A DNA stretch of 64,000 nt, taken from positions 551,774-615,773 of the forward strand of contig CP011209.1 in NCBI GenBank assembly GCA_001029635.1. The letters are read 5' to 3'. A model generated the notes under the pieces. The model saw nothing but the letters and a program-made list of their open reading frames with translations. It ran no database searches and was not told where the DNA came from. Position numbers and translations under genes: made by a program. This DNA comes from Candidatus Wolfebacteria bacterium GW2011_GWB1_47_1 (GTDB lineage Bacteria; Patescibacteriota; Minisyncoccia; UBA6257; UBA9933). Each line of letters opens with the position of its first letter. The first letter of the stretch is position 1. Below are positions 1 through 10,376 of the stretch, piece by piece.

Positions 1-712
1 TATCCTGATGCGATGTTATGAAGGACTTTTCCAAGTCGAAGCCGTTGAATTCGGTCGCATGGCGTGGTGTGGATGATGGCTCTGCGCGAAAGACCGGGCC
101 AATCTCGAACACCTTTTCAAATCCGCCCGCCATCGCCATTTGTTTGTAGAATTGTGGTGACTGTGCGAGATACGCCTTGCGCTCAAAGTATTGCACCTCA
201 AAGAGCTCTGCTCCGCCTTCGCTTGGCGTGGACATGAGCTTGGGCGAATGAATTTCAATGTACTCCTGTTCGGTGCAATATTCGATGAATGATCGTTCTA
301 GTTCCGTCCATACTTTAAAGAGCAGTGCTTTTTCGGGCTTGCGGATATCGAGGAAGCGCCAGTCGAGGCGGATCTGCTGATCGGTCGGCGCATCACTTTT
401 TTCGACGACCGGAATCGGAAGCTCTGGCTCTGCCATCGAGAGAATGGTTAATTCCGATACCTGTATTTCTACTCCGGAATGGGATTTTGTCTCTGTTGCA
501 ACTTGCCCCACTACCTCTATGACGCTTTCGAGTTGGATCGATCGCGCCGCCTCGAGCAGCTCGCCACTTATGACAAGCTGCGCGGTGCCGGTGATGTCCC
601 TAAGGACGATGAACATAATGCCCCCTTGGTCGCGAATGGCCTGTGCCCATCCGGCTAGTTTGACCGTCTGTCCGACACGGCCGCCGATCGCTGTACTATG
701 TATTCGTTCCAT
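1..712 (-). CDS. aspS: Aspartate--tRNA ligase, archaeal/non-discriminating type (5' part; runs off the window start)
   Basis: Not in the ORF track. Manual translation from ATG at 712 gives MERIHSTAIGGRVGQTVKLAGWAQAIRDQGGIMFIVLRD...YLAQSPQFYKQMAMAGGFEKVFEIGPVFRAE, an OB-fold N-terminus plus the QSPQxYKQ and motif-2 signatures of short AspRS. Confidence 0.92.
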   Translation of the reverse strand, partial: MERIHSTAIGGRVGQTVKLAGWAQAIRDQGGIMFIVLRDITGTAQLVISGELLEAARSIQLESVIEVVGQVATETKSHSGVEIQVSELTILSMAEPELPIPVVEKSDAPTDQQIRLDWRFLDIRKPEKALLFKVWTELERSFIEYCTEQEYIEIHSPKLMSTPSEGGAELFEVQYFERKAYLAQSPQFYKQMAMAGGFEKVFEIGPVFRAEPSSTPRHATEFNGFDLEKSFITSHQD

Positions 713-824
713 ATATGTTTTATTGTATTGGTGAATATGTATTATTACGAGCGGGGCGTCCTTGTGCCTTCGTATATGCATCGCATGTATGCGTTCGACC
801 ATCGCATATTGTTTTTGGTTTTGT

Positions 825-1034
825 AAACAAAAACGCCCCCGCAAACAATCCACTAATGGATTATTTACAAGGGCGTGTTAAACGCGTTGCCACCTTGTAT
901 TCGTCCAACTGTTGCCAGTTGAACCTCGTAGACCGCTATCACGGTCATCTGCTATGACGGGCATACCCGAAGAGTTCTACTTGCCTGACGGCTTTCTTCT
1001 CTCAGCTCGGCTGTGTTTGCAGCGTCGACGCTTT
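825..1034 (-). promoter_or_regulatory. T-box riboswitch upstream of aspS
   Basis: The minus strand has antiterminator ACAAGG-TGGCAAC-GCG...CGC-CCTTGT (T-box motif at 883-896), an overlapping terminator CGCCCTTGTAAATAATCCA...TGGATTGTTTGCGGGGGCG+TTTTT, Stem II with GAA/AGTA S-turn and a CCGTCATA Stem IIA/B motif. Confidence 0.9.
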
Positions 1035-1040
1035 ACTGCA

Positions 1041-1069
1041 AGCGTACACCCCCTGTTTTATTTATGCAA
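1041..1069 (-). promoter_or_regulatory. Sigma70-type promoter of the T-box/aspS transcript
   Basis: TTGCAT-17 nt-TACGCT immediately upstream of the T-box 5' end. Confidence 0.6.
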
Positions 1070-1177
1070 GGGGCGGATGGGTGATTTTCGTTTGACTTTA
1101 TTGTCGATTTATTGCACAATCTTCCCAGATTGGGAACTGTGGTTTCTTTTAACAAATACACGTGGATGGGAGGGTGA

Positions 1178-1813
1178 ATGAAGACTAATAGGATCAATGC
1201 TGCATTGTATGCCGGATGTCTTCTGCATGCGATCATGCGAGCGAATGGAACGGTCGGTGTTTCGGTGCAGAAGGACGGGCAGATCCGTGGCTATGGAGAT
1301 GCTTCGTCTACGGCCGATGCGATGCTTAATGCCGACCGATATATCGAGACCGGCGGATGGTACAAGGAAGAAGGGTTGCGTCTACAGGGCGTAACGAGTG
1401 ACAATGCCGAAGATATCGCTGCGCGACTTGATGCATGGCAACCGCAACGTGCGCGCGCATTCATCGCGTGGCGCAACGGCGACAAGATCGCAGTTCGTTT
1501 GAGCGGCATGCATCGTGTCGTCGTACCTAATGATGTGCTCGAATCCGTCATGGACACGGGGTTCATGGCTACCTGGTCTTCGGATCGTGGGTATGTCTAC
1601 CGGACTGCTCCCGACCCGGAGCGGCCGATGGCTGGCTGCATCATGTCTGTGGTTTGTTCTAGCCCCAATAATTCGACCGGGGATGATGGGCTCGGGTGGC
1701 AATACCCGACCATGCAATTCGGAGTTGGCGCGGATTTTTGGGAAGCGTTGAGTGGCGCTTTGTCGAGCGAGGTGCACGAGGTGCCTTCTCCGCAGAGTGT
1801 TGTCGGCGCTTAG
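1178..1813 (+). CDS. Hypothetical protein (orphan cassette)
   Basis: 211-aa ORF with upstream TTGACT-17-CACAAT (1092-1120), GGGAGGG SD and a downstream hairpin terminator. Confidence 0.7.
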   Translation: MKTNRINAALYAGCLLHAIMRANGTVGVSVQKDGQIRGYGDASSTADAMLNADRYIETGGWYKEEGLRLQGVTSDNAEDIAARLDAWQPQRARAFIAWRNGDKIAVRLSGMHRVVVPNDVLESVMDTGFMATWSSDRGYVYRTAPDPERPMAGCIMSVVCSSPNNSTGDDGLGWQYPTMQFGVGADFWEALSGALSSEVHEVPSPQSVVGA

Positions 1814-1823
1814 CGTCGAAACG

Positions 1824-1853
1824 AGGCGCGCATGCCTAATGCGCGCCTTTTTT
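1824..1853 (+). terminator. Intrinsic terminator
   Basis: AGGCGCGCAT-GCCTA-ATGCGCGCCT followed by a T-run. Confidence 0.8.
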
Positions 1854-1916
1854 GTATATGCAAAATCCCGCCAGTGGCGGGATTTTTTGTGCTATCCACG
1901 TAGCTATCCAATTCTA

Positions 1917-2756
1917 TTAGCGTAGGTTTTGCTGAAGGAATACTAGGGTCTTTTGCCAAGCATCCTTTGTTTCTTCTGGCGCGTAGCTTTGTCCGGATGG
2001 GTTTGCGAATGCATGACCCACTCCTGGGTAGATCGTGATCGAATTGCTGATGCCAAGTTCGTTGAGTATGGCTCGGAATTCGTTGACCGTCTTGGGTGAG
2101 ATACTTCGATCTTCTCCTGCAAAGATCCCGAGTACTGGCCATTTGATAGCGCGCAACGTTTCGATGTCGGTCACGACGTTGCCGTAATAGATGACGGTAG
2201 CATTGAGTTGCTCACCAGAAAGCGCAAGCTGGAGCGATTGTCCTCCACCAAAGCACCAGCCGAGCGAGGCCAGCTTTGTTGCGCCGTGGGCTCGCAGATA
2301 CGTTGCAGCGGCGCGCATGTTCTCTCGTCCTTTTGCCTGGTCGAATGCACTCGTTTGTTTGCGTGCCTCGTCTTGTGTGGTCGCTATGGTGCCAAAGAGA
2401 TCTACGGCCAGTACATGATACCCCTGTCCAGCAAGTTCTTGTGCGGTCGCGCGCATCGTGTCGTTGAGTCCCCACCATTCATGAATCATAATAATGCCTG
2501 GGTATATCCCGGGGGTTGCGGGGTGTGTATAGAATCCGCGAACTCCAGAGAAATACTCAACTGTTTCTGTTACGATGGGGAGTGCCTGATTGCCATGCAT
2601 CAGTGCTATATTTGCATCGCTTAATGATGTTGCCATAGGGGGTACATCGTGCACGTCTTGTGGGGCTTGTACGTTTCCGCGCCATAGGAGTAGGACAATG
2701 GCGATTACGAGGACGCCAAGGCCGATATGCATTGATAACTTGAAGTAATGCTTCAT
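1917..2756 (-). CDS. Dienelactone hydrolase family protein with N-terminal membrane anchor
   Basis: HEWWGLN, GWCFGG nucleophile motif and GHAFANP. Confidence 0.9.
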   Translation of the reverse strand: MKHYFKLSMHIGLGVLVIAIVLLLWRGNVQAPQDVHDVPPMATSLSDANIALMHGNQALPIVTETVEYFSGVRGFYTHPATPGIYPGIIMIHEWWGLNDTMRATAQELAGQGYHVLAVDLFGTIATTQDEARKQTSAFDQAKGRENMRAAATYLRAHGATKLASLGWCFGGGQSLQLALSGEQLNATVIYYGNVVTDIETLRAIKWPVLGIFAGEDRSISPKTVNEFRAILNELGISNSITIYPGVGHAFANPSGQSYAPEETKDAWQKTLVFLQQNLR

Positions 2757-2874
2757 TTTTTTGTTATATGAATAGGATAAAACTATCCGACTGTATTAAT
2801 GATACTCCTGTTGCTGTACATTATTCAACGTATATTGCGAATAAAAAAAGCGCCCGATGGGCGCCTTTGGTGTG

Positions 2875-3882
2875 CTAGGTGTGGAGTACTTTCCATACTG
2901 CTTCGAACTCCTTCAGATAGGTTCGCGTTTCCGGCAGGACATGGGCTTCCCATGCGCCTGCGTGCTTGCGAATCGATCGGAGCGCTTTTGATGGGCCACC
3001 GTTGTATGCGGCGGCGAGATATTTGCCCATCGCCTCGGGATGCTTCTTGAGGAACTTCCGATGCGACTTGGGTAGATAGCTCAGGTCCGAGTCGAACAGC
3101 AGGAGAGTTGCCTTGGCGGCATTGATGTGGTTGTCCATACCGTCGCCGAAATTATCGATGAGCTCCGCTTGAGAATATCGGCGGTCTATTGCTGCGTACG
3201 TCCTGGGCATGAACTGGAACTGGCCACGCGCCCCCGCTTTCGAGATCGAATAGCGGTATGCGTTTTCGCGGTTCGTGGCCAGAATGACTAGTACCTCTCC
3301 GACAAGTTGTTCTACCGGGGTGCCGGCGTTGAAACGTGCGGGATCGATGTGTTCGATGATCGCGAGTGTCAGTGCTACGTCCTTGGGGATCGCGGAAGTG
3401 ACCTTCCCGCCGTAGGCGAGCGATCTGATCTTTTTGGCATCCAGATCGTGTTCCGCCTTTTCGAGCTTGTCTTTAAGGTAGATAAGACCTTCTTTCTGCA
3501 ACTTCGGCGAGTCGATACCCTTGGTGTATGGTGTATACGTTACCGCTTTGGTCTTGTTGTCTTGACGGACGACGCGCTTGAGTGCGAGCACCACATATCC
3601 CGAAGGGGACGTGATCTCGTAGTGCGTGTTGACCCCATTGAGCCTTGGGTATGTTACGTGGTAGCCCATAGGCGCTTGGGTGCCATTGGTGAGTGTGATG
3701 ATCTTGATCGCATCGTTATCTTTGCGAATCGCCAACAGAACGTCCTTTCCCGTGACACTTCTCGTCGAGAGAATTTCTCTTGCATCCATTGATCGGTTTT
3801 TCAGATATTGCTTGGCAAAGATGCCGAGAATACCCAAGAGAACGATCGTTGCAAGTACAGATACAGCCCTTCTGTTTCGCAT
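2875..3882 (-). CDS. Lytic transglycosylase (SLT domain) protein, membrane-anchored
   Basis: SKAGARGQFQFMPRT, LAAAYNGGP and ETRTY SLT motifs. Start moved to ATG 3882 behind GGAGG. Terminator at about 2843-2868. Confidence 0.85.
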   Translation of the reverse strand: MRNRRAVSVLATIVLLGILGIFAKQYLKNRSMDAREILSTRSVTGKDVLLAIRKDNDAIKIITLTNGTQAPMGYHVTYPRLNGVNTHYEITSPSGYVVLALKRVVRQDNKTKAVTYTPYTKGIDSPKLQKEGLIYLKDKLEKAEHDLDAKKIRSLAYGGKVTSAIPKDVALTLAIIEHIDPARFNAGTPVEQLVGEVLVILATNRENAYRYSISKAGARGQFQFMPRTYAAIDRRYSQAELIDNFGDGMDNHINAAKATLLLFDSDLSYLPKSHRKFLKKHPEAMGKYLAAAYNGGPSKALRSIRKHAGAWEAHVLPETRTYLKEFEAVWKVLHT

Positions 3883-4125
3883 TACATTACCTCCAAAAAA
3901 TTCGTAAAATGATGAACTGGTTATATAATGAACTAAAATCATTATTTTGTCAATTTTCCATCAAATGACGTAAAATTATTACTTACATGTATTGATTGTG
4001 TTTATGTTTCCAACGTGTAAATCCCCGGGCCAAACGTCCGGGGATAAAGTCATCTTTATCAACTTTTCTGTGCCGCGTAGCTTGTCTTGTGGTGCATTCT
4101 TGTGTCCGCGTGAACGATATTGTTC

Positions 4126-4587
4126 TTAGCGTGACGTATCAGTCCGTAGCTGTATTGATTGCGCCATAATGCTACCGTCAGCGTTGGCGGTTCCTATAGT
4201 GGTTACCTGTGTGCCGGTTGTCAGATCGGCGAGCGAGCCATCGATTGACTTCATGACCTTTGTCGCGTCCGACAAGAATACTATCCGTGATCCGCCGTCG
4301 CGAAGTTTTATCGTAATGCTTGCAGCGTCTTTAGAGAGAATTTCTCCTGCTATTAAACCGCCATTGTTCGTTCTCGTTGTTCCACTGGCGCGTTGTGTTC
4401 CCGCGAACCCTCCATTTACCATGCGCGCTTGGCGTTGTTCTTGCGTCATGTTGGCGAATGACTCATTTTGTTGAGGATTATTTGTGTTACTGCGCTCATA
4501 GCGCATACCTGCGTAGAACGATCCTGTTCCAACGATGATACTCGCCACAATAACTGGAATACATTTGCTAATCAATTGTTTTGTCAT
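4126..4587 (-). CDS. Membrane-anchored hypothetical protein (DUF5666-like OB fold) at the end of the MacAB-like operon
   Basis: N-terminal TM with GSFYAGMRY and a C-terminal GEILSKD...VxG.ANADGSIxA pattern. Confidence 0.7.
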   Translation of the reverse strand: MTKQLISKCIPVIVASIIVGTGSFYAGMRYERSNTNNPQQNESFANMTQEQRQARMVNGGFAGTQRASGTTRTNNGGLIAGEILSKDAASITIKLRDGGSRIVFLSDATKVMKSIDGSLADLTTGTQVTTIGTANADGSIMAQSIQLRTDTSR

Positions 4588-4605
4588 ATTTTTTTGAGTT
4601 ACTTA

Positions 4606-5829
4606 TTATTCGTATCGTAATGCTTCGATCGGATTCAGACGTGCGGCGCGGCGTGCCGGATAATAGCCGAATACAATGCCGATCCCTGCTGACACGCCGA
4701 AGGCCAATGCCACGGAGGTGAACGTTACTTGTGTTTGCAGGAGGTTAAAGTAGGTAACTCCAAAGGAAACCATCCATCCTAGTAGTACCCCCACAAATCC
4801 TCCTATAAACGTAAGGATAATTGCTTCAATGAGAAATTGAAGGCTGATATCTCTTTTCTTTGCACCAATCGCTTTGCGCAGTCCAATTTCGCGCGTGCGT
4901 TCCGTTACTGTGGTTAGCATCATATTCATGATGCCAATACCACCGACGACGAGCGATATGCCCGCGATCGCTGCGAGCAGGATTGTGAATGTTTGGGTTA
5001 TGGTAGACGCAGTCGCGATGATATCCGCCTGGTTCATAATATTGAAATCTGCCAGAGTCATATCGCTTATATGGTGGCGTTCCATCAGAAGAACAGATAT
5101 CTGTTGTTGTATATCGGTCATCGACTCGGCGCTTTCTGCCTGCACGCTGATTGTGGTTACATACGTATCTCCTGCCAAAAATCGCTGCGCACTGGAAAGG
5201 GGAATGAAGATCGTGTCATCTGGGTTGCTGAATCCACTCCCTCCCTTTGTTTTTGCGATGCCGATCACCTTGAACTCGATGTTCTTAATACGTATCGTCT
5301 GTCCAACGGCATCGACTCCTTCGCCGAATAGATCATCCCTTGTTGTCGGGCCTAGTACAGCAACCTTAGAAAGACTGCGTACGTTTTGATCCGTGATAAA
5401 TGAACCAAAGTCGATTTCTATGTTTCGTATCGATAGGTATGCGGCGGTAGTACCGATGACCGATGTGTTCGTGTTCTTACCCTTGCTTGTGATCTGATAC
5501 CTCCCTGATATTTCCGGTGCAACTGCTTTCGCGAGGCTTACCTCCTTTATAATCGCATCGGCATCGCCCTGTGTAAGTGAGCGGGCCGATCCTCGCCCTG
5601 CACTTATCTGTGTTCCTGCTCCGCGTTGTTGTCCCGGCATGACGAGTACAAGATTCGAACCGATTGACTGAATACTTGATTGAATTGATCCTTGTGCTCC
5701 TTGTCCGATCGCCACCATGGCAATGACCGAACTGATGCCGATTATGATACCAAGCATTGTGAGTCCCGATCGTACCTTGTTTCCCGAGAGCGCAGAGTAG
5801 GTTTCTTCTATAATGTCAACTATGGTCAT
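4606..5829 (-). CDS. MacB/FtsX-family ABC transporter permease
   Basis: [38 protein letters not shown] and [17 protein letters not shown]. Confidence 0.95.
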   Translation of the reverse strand: MTIVDIIEETYSALSGNKVRSGLTMLGIIIGISSVIAMVAIGQGAQGSIQSSIQSIGSNLVLVMPGQQRGAGTQISAGRGSARSLTQGDADAIIKEVSLAKAVAPEISGRYQITSKGKNTNTSVIGTTAAYLSIRNIEIDFGSFITDQNVRSLSKVAVLGPTTRDDLFGEGVDAVGQTIRIKNIEFKVIGIAKTKGGSGFSNPDDTIFIPLSSAQRFLAGDTYVTTISVQAESAESMTDIQQQISVLLMERHHISDMTLADFNIMNQADIIATASTITQTFTILLAAIAGISLVVGGIGIMNMMLTTVTERTREIGLRKAIGAKKRDISLQFLIEAIILTFIGGFVGVLLGWMVSFGVTYFNLLQTQVTFTSVALAFGVSAGIGIVFGYYPARRAARLNPIEALRYE

Positions 5830-6532
5830 GGGAGTGGATAATCCTTCTTTTATGTGTTTTGGTGTCTTCGACCAGTTGCCCGTCTTTTATGAACAGAATG
5901 CGCTCTGCGTGTTCTGCGAGTTCCCGTTCGTGCGTAATGAGGATAATTGTATGCCCGTGCTCCCTGTTCATTTTTTGGAATGTATCAATGACAATTTCTC
6001 CTGTTTTTGAATCAAGATTTCCCGTTGGTTCATCCGCCAAAATGAGCGACGGCTTATTGACCAATGCCCGGGCAATCGCAACGCGTTGAATCTGCCCACC
6101 TGAGAGCTGGTTCGACAAATGATTGTAGTGCTCTTCGGTGAGCCCTGCTGATTTCAGTGCCGCGCGCGCGCGTTTTTCACGTTCTTCGCGGTCGACGCCC
6201 GCGTACATGAGTGGAAGCATGACATTGCGCAGTACGGTCGCACGGGGGAGTAGGTTGAATGATTGAAATACGAATCCGATGCGATCCATGCGGATGTCTG
6301 CTAGTTCGTCGTCGGATAGCATGGATACATCCTTACCGTCTAAAATGTACTGGCCAGTTGTCGGAGTATCGAGTGCCCCTAGGATATGCATTAGGGTTGA
6401 TTTGCCCGACCCCGACGGACCCATGATTGCCACGAATTCCCCGTCCTGTATTTCAAAGCTTACGCCCTTCAACGCCTGAAAGGGGACTGCTCCCGATGTA
6501 TATGTTTTTGTGACGTTTTCGATCTTGATCAT
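5816..6532 (-). CDS. ABC transporter ATP-binding protein (MacB/LolD type)
   Basis: [17 protein letters not shown] and [11 protein letters not shown]. Confidence 0.95.
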   Translation of the reverse strand: MIKIENVTKTYTSGAVPFQALKGVSFEIQDGEFVAIMGPSGSGKSTLMHILGALDTPTTGQYILDGKDVSMLSDDELADIRMDRIGFVFQSFNLLPRATVLRNVMLPLMYAGVDREEREKRARAALKSAGLTEEHYNHLSNQLSGGQIQRVAIARALVNKPSLILADEPTGNLDSKTGEIVIDTFQKMNREHGHTIILITHERELAEHAERILFIKDGQLVEDTKTHKRRIIHSHDHS

Positions 6533-6539
6533 AATTGCA

Positions 6540-8318
6540 TTATCGGCTCATGCGCCCGCTCCCTGTCGGGAAGAGACTTGGAGCTGTTTGTGTGGTCGCG
6601 CTTGTTGTTGTGATTGTGCGCGTAATAATCTGGTCTCCTTCTTTGAGTCCGGAAACTATTTCCGTTGTTGTGTCATTTGCAATGCCGATCGTTACCGGCC
6701 TTCTTATTGGCGTTGCCGAAGCAATGACTCCCTGTGTTCCCGTTGCGTTTTCTAGTGGAACTTCGAATATCTCCACATAACTCAACTCTCCTTGTGTTTT
6801 TATGGCGCTATTGGGCACTGTGAGCACATCTTGCTTCATATCGATAATGATCGAAGCACTTACGCTCATACCCGGTTTAATGCGATCATCTTGCGTATCA
6901 AAACCAATCTTTACCGTATAGGTGACCACCCCTTGCGAAACCGTTCCTACGGTGTCGATCTCTGCGACCGAGCCACTGATACTCAGTTCTTCGACTGCGT
7001 CGAAATTTAGCGTAGTCTTTTGTCCAACTTTCACTTTTGCCACATCCACTTCGTTGAGTGAAATCTCGGCAATTTTCTGCTTTGTGATTAATGTCGCGAT
7101 CGATGTACCAGATGACAGTGTATCTGATCGTTTGACTGTTAGGGTCGCTATGGTTCCGGCAAATGGCGCGCGGATATAATAGTCGGCGAGCTTTTCGCGC
7201 GCATCCAACAATGCGTTCTCCCTTTGGCGAACGATCAGCTCCTGGGCTTGCAAATCAAGCTGATCGGTACCTGCCTTGAGATCGGCGATATATTCGGTCT
7301 TTTCCGCTATCGTGCGATCTGCGTTCGTGATCGCATCCTTGCTGTTCTTAATTGTGTTCTTTGTTGCGAGCAGATTCAGCAGATGGGTATTTGTCGTTCC
7401 CGTGTATGTATTGAGAGTTGACTTGTGAGCATCCACCGTAGCGGGGATGGTTGCATTTACGTTGTTTTTCGTTAGGGAGTCTTTTACGAAGTCAATGAGG
7501 TTGTTGCCGGTTTTTACCGCATCAGCGATTGTTCGTGTGGTCGTATATGTTTCGTCGACGAGTGTCTCCATTATTTGGGTGCTTGATGTTCTTGAAGCCG
7601 CCTTGTAGTTATCGAAATTCTTCGCGTATGTCGTTCGCGATGCATTATATCCCGCATAGAAATCGTTCTGATATTGGTTCGCTTTTTCGCGTTCGCCTAC
7701 TATTTGTAGTGATGTTTGGTTAATATACCAGTTGATGTTTGGCATTCCCTGGTCGATCGTCGCGTCGAAAAATATATCATCCAATCCGGTCATGATTGTT
7801 GGGAGATCGAGGAATGTGTTTGCGATCCCATTAAAACCGTCGTCGTATGCCTTCTTGAGGTCGTCTTCGGCGTTTTGTTTTGTCTGTTGTGCTTGAGCGA
7901 GCGCATTCTCCGCTTGGATCACCGAGAGATTATTAGCAGGTTTCTTGAGCTTTTCGAGGGACAGTTTTGCACTTTGGAGATTTACCTCCGCATCGCGCAC
8001 CACTTTTTGCGCTTCGCGTGCATCGAGCTGGGCGATGAGGGCACCTGTGCCAACTTCCTGCCCATTGACTACATTAATCGCGACAATATCGCCTGATGCG
8101 CGTGATTTGAGCTCTACCTGATTGGAAGCCGATACCTGTCCTGTTCCGCTGATCGACGTAATAATAGATCCCGTTTCTGTAAGCGCGGTTACATAGCGTG
8201 GTTCCGTACTGGTATCGGTTAGTTTGCCATACCCCCAATAGGCAAATAGCGCTAGTACGATAATACTTGTGACTGAGATTATTTTATGGGCTGAAATATA
8301 TTTTTTTATGTGTTGCAT
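6540..8318 (-). CDS. Efflux periplasmic adaptor (HlyD/MacA-like) with a long helical insert
   Basis: N-terminal TM, lipoyl halves (ASGDIVAINVVNGQEV; IRAPFAGTI), IKPGMSV and GLKEGDQI. Confidence 0.9.
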   Translation of the reverse strand: MQHIKKYISAHKIISVTSIIVLALFAYWGYGKLTDTSTEPRYVTALTETGSIITSISGTGQVSASNQVELKSRASGDIVAINVVNGQEVGTGALIAQLDAREAQKVVRDAEVNLQSAKLSLEKLKKPANNLSVIQAENALAQAQQTKQNAEDDLKKAYDDGFNGIANTFLDLPTIMTGLDDIFFDATIDQGMPNINWYINQTSLQIVGEREKANQYQNDFYAGYNASRTTYAKNFDNYKAASRTSSTQIMETLVDETYTTTRTIADAVKTGNNLIDFVKDSLTKNNVNATIPATVDAHKSTLNTYTGTTNTHLLNLLATKNTIKNSKDAITNADRTIAEKTEYIADLKAGTDQLDLQAQELIVRQRENALLDAREKLADYYIRAPFAGTIATLTVKRSDTLSSGTSIATLITKQKIAEISLNEVDVAKVKVGQKTTLNFDAVEELSISGSVAEIDTVGTVSQGVVTYTVKIGFDTQDDRIKPGMSVSASIIIDMKQDVLTVPNSAIKTQGELSYVEIFEVPLENATGTQGVIASATPIRRPVTIGIANDTTTEIVSGLKEGDQIITRTITTTSATTQTAPSLFPTGSGRMSR

Positions 8319-8441
8319 ATACTACGATTGTTCTGTTGCTAGGTTGACGGCCTATATATGTTACTACGTACATGCAAGTATACTTCTTTCGTGGTCTGTA
8401 ACTGACATATGTCTGTAGTCGGTATATAATAGAAATATCTT

Positions 8442-9215
8442 ATGAACCATCAGCGAAACACTCTTGTTGAGTCCGCGGTCAAAGTCCTTGCATTTAGTTG
8501 GATCGCATGGTTTTTGTTTCCGGTTCTTTTCTTGATCGGATCGTTTATGTTTAAATTTTCTGCCATGCAGCCGATTCTTACGGATGACCGCTTTTGGTGG
8601 GCGTTTGGTATCAGCTTGATTTCCGCGTTCGTTGTCGTTGCGTTGACGGCTTTGTTTGTTGTCCCTATGGCATATTTTCTCGCGTACGGGGACTTTCGTG
8701 GGAAGAAGTTTTTAGAAACGCTTCTTATAGATATCCCTCAGACATTGCCACCGGTTGCGGTGGGTGTTATCTATGTATTTGCGTTCGGCGTTAATTCGCC
8801 GATCCATCTTGCGTTCACGTTCCTCGCCGTTGTCATTGCGAAGCTGATTGTATCGGCTCCGTTCGCACTTGGATATGTGTTGCGCAGGTTTCGTGAAATT
8901 CGCACATTGAAGATCGATCTGGTTGCGCGGTCATTGGGTGCGAATACGTATACCGTGATCTTCCGCGTATTGGTACCGATGGCGCGACAGGATATTATTG
9001 CGGGGTTGACGTTGGTATGGGCTCGGGCGATGGGTGAGTTTGGTGGCTCATTGATCTTTGCCGGGGTGGTTGCCTACAAAACCGAGATACTTCCGACGTA
9101 TGCGAATCGCGTTGTGCATGTGGATCCACTGCTTGCGTTGGGTGCAACCGCGATTATGGTCCTTTTTGCACTGGTCGCATTGACCGTAACCAGGACCGTG
9201 TTGATGAAAAAATGA
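8442..9215 (+). CDS. ABC transporter permease, ModB/CysT-like
   Basis: PQTLPPVAVG, ARSLGA EAA loop and WARAMGEFG. Confidence 0.85.
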   Translation: MNHQRNTLVESAVKVLAFSWIAWFLFPVLFLIGSFMFKFSAMQPILTDDRFWWAFGISLISAFVVVALTALFVVPMAYFLAYGDFRGKKFLETLLIDIPQTLPPVAVGVIYVFAFGVNSPIHLAFTFLAVVIAKLIVSAPFALGYVLRRFREIRTLKIDLVARSLGANTYTVIFRVLVPMARQDIIAGLTLVWARAMGEFGGSLIFAGVVAYKTEILPTYANRVVHVDPLLALGATAIMVLFALVALTVTRTVLMKK

Positions 9216-9227
9216 ATTAAAACAACC

Positions 9228-9878
9228 ATGGCATTCTTGGAAATTAATAATCTGACAAAATCATACGGTGGACATCCTGTTTTGAAGCGACTTTCGCTAT
9301 CGATCGAGGAGGGCGAGATTGTTGCAATCATGGGCAAATCGGGCGTCGGCAAGACAACATTGTTGTCGTGCATTCTTGGATTCGAACAGGCGGATGCCGG
9401 CACGATCATATTGGACGGTAGTAATATCGTGGAGTACTCCATTGAGGACCGGCAATTGGCATATGTCCCTCAGGATTATGGGTTATTTCCTCACTTGTCG
9501 GTGCACGATAATATCGCTTTTGGCTTGATGGCACGCAAAGCATCTTTAGATGTGATCGATCGGCGCGTGCATGAACTATTACAGGTCGTTGATTTGCCAC
9601 AATCGATCGCGAAGCGGGATGTGCATACACTTTCTGGCGGAGAGCGGCAACGGGTTGCTTTGGCGAGGGCATTGGCGATTAAGCCACAGTTATTTTTATT
9701 TGATGAACCACTTTCTGCGGTCGATCAAGAGACTCGTAGGGATGTGGGGAATAGTCTGCGCGATCTTATTAAGCGACTTGGGATCTCTGCAGTCGTTATT
9801 ACGCACGATCCGAGTGATGCAGGAGTACTTGCCGATACGATCTATCGGTTAGAGGAGGGAATAGTGCGTAAAATATAA
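9228..9878 (+). CDS. ABC transporter ATP-binding protein (ModC/CysA/PotA-like)
   Basis: GKSGVGKT, LSGGERQRVALARALA and LFDEP. Confidence 0.9.
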   Translation: MAFLEINNLTKSYGGHPVLKRLSLSIEEGEIVAIMGKSGVGKTTLLSCILGFEQADAGTIILDGSNIVEYSIEDRQLAYVPQDYGLFPHLSVHDNIAFGLMARKASLDVIDRRVHELLQVVDLPQSIAKRDVHTLSGGERQRVALARALAIKPQLFLFDEPLSAVDQETRRDVGNSLRDLIKRLGISAVVITHDPSDAGVLADTIYRLEEGIVRKI

Positions 9879-10005
9879 GACCACACTTGACTATATTTGG
9901 CAATGGGTTTATGCTCTAGGCAGAACCAATTACATGTGAGGAGGTGAGTCGTTCGGCGGTTGTCATTAGGTTACATTCCTTAACCTCGAAAACCTGGAGG
10001 AAGTT

Positions 10006-10284
10006 ATGAAAGGGTATCATACTTGGAAGCCGATGCATGCGTATGTGGGCACTTGGACTGAACCGGGGACGAGTAAGTCCTATATGACTAACGTGCACGA
10101 TGTGCAGTGCACCGAATGTCATCGGATTGTTACGCTCCCGGTCATTCTCATGCCGGATGAGCTTGAGGGGTGCCTTGGGACTGCCGCGCGGCCGGTCAAA
10201 AAACGGGAGGAGGATCCTGTCGGATTTGACAAGGATGCGGATTACGGGGAGGGGGCTCGGAAGGTTCAACACCTACGGGTGTAA
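10006..10284 (+). CDS. Small hypothetical protein with CxxC (orphan cassette)
   Basis: GGAGG SD, TTGACT-17-TATGCT promoter at 9887-9915, terminator AAGGCATGC-TTCGCG-GCATGCCTTTTT and a CTECH motif. Confidence 0.7.
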   Translation: MKGYHTWKPMHAYVGTWTEPGTSKSYMTNVHDVQCTECHRIVTLPVILMPDELEGCLGTAARPVKKREEDPVGFDKDADYGEGARKVQHLRV

Positions 10285-10376
10285 GGTGCTTCCTTCGCAC
10301 TATAGTAAGGCATGCTTCGCGGCATGCCTTTTTTTGTTTGCCGATATAAGTGCGGTATACTGGCTGCATACTATTT

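Noticed and set aside
16-1236. Short ORFs listed over 16-1236
   Set aside because: They are shadows of the minus-strand aspS and its T-box leader.
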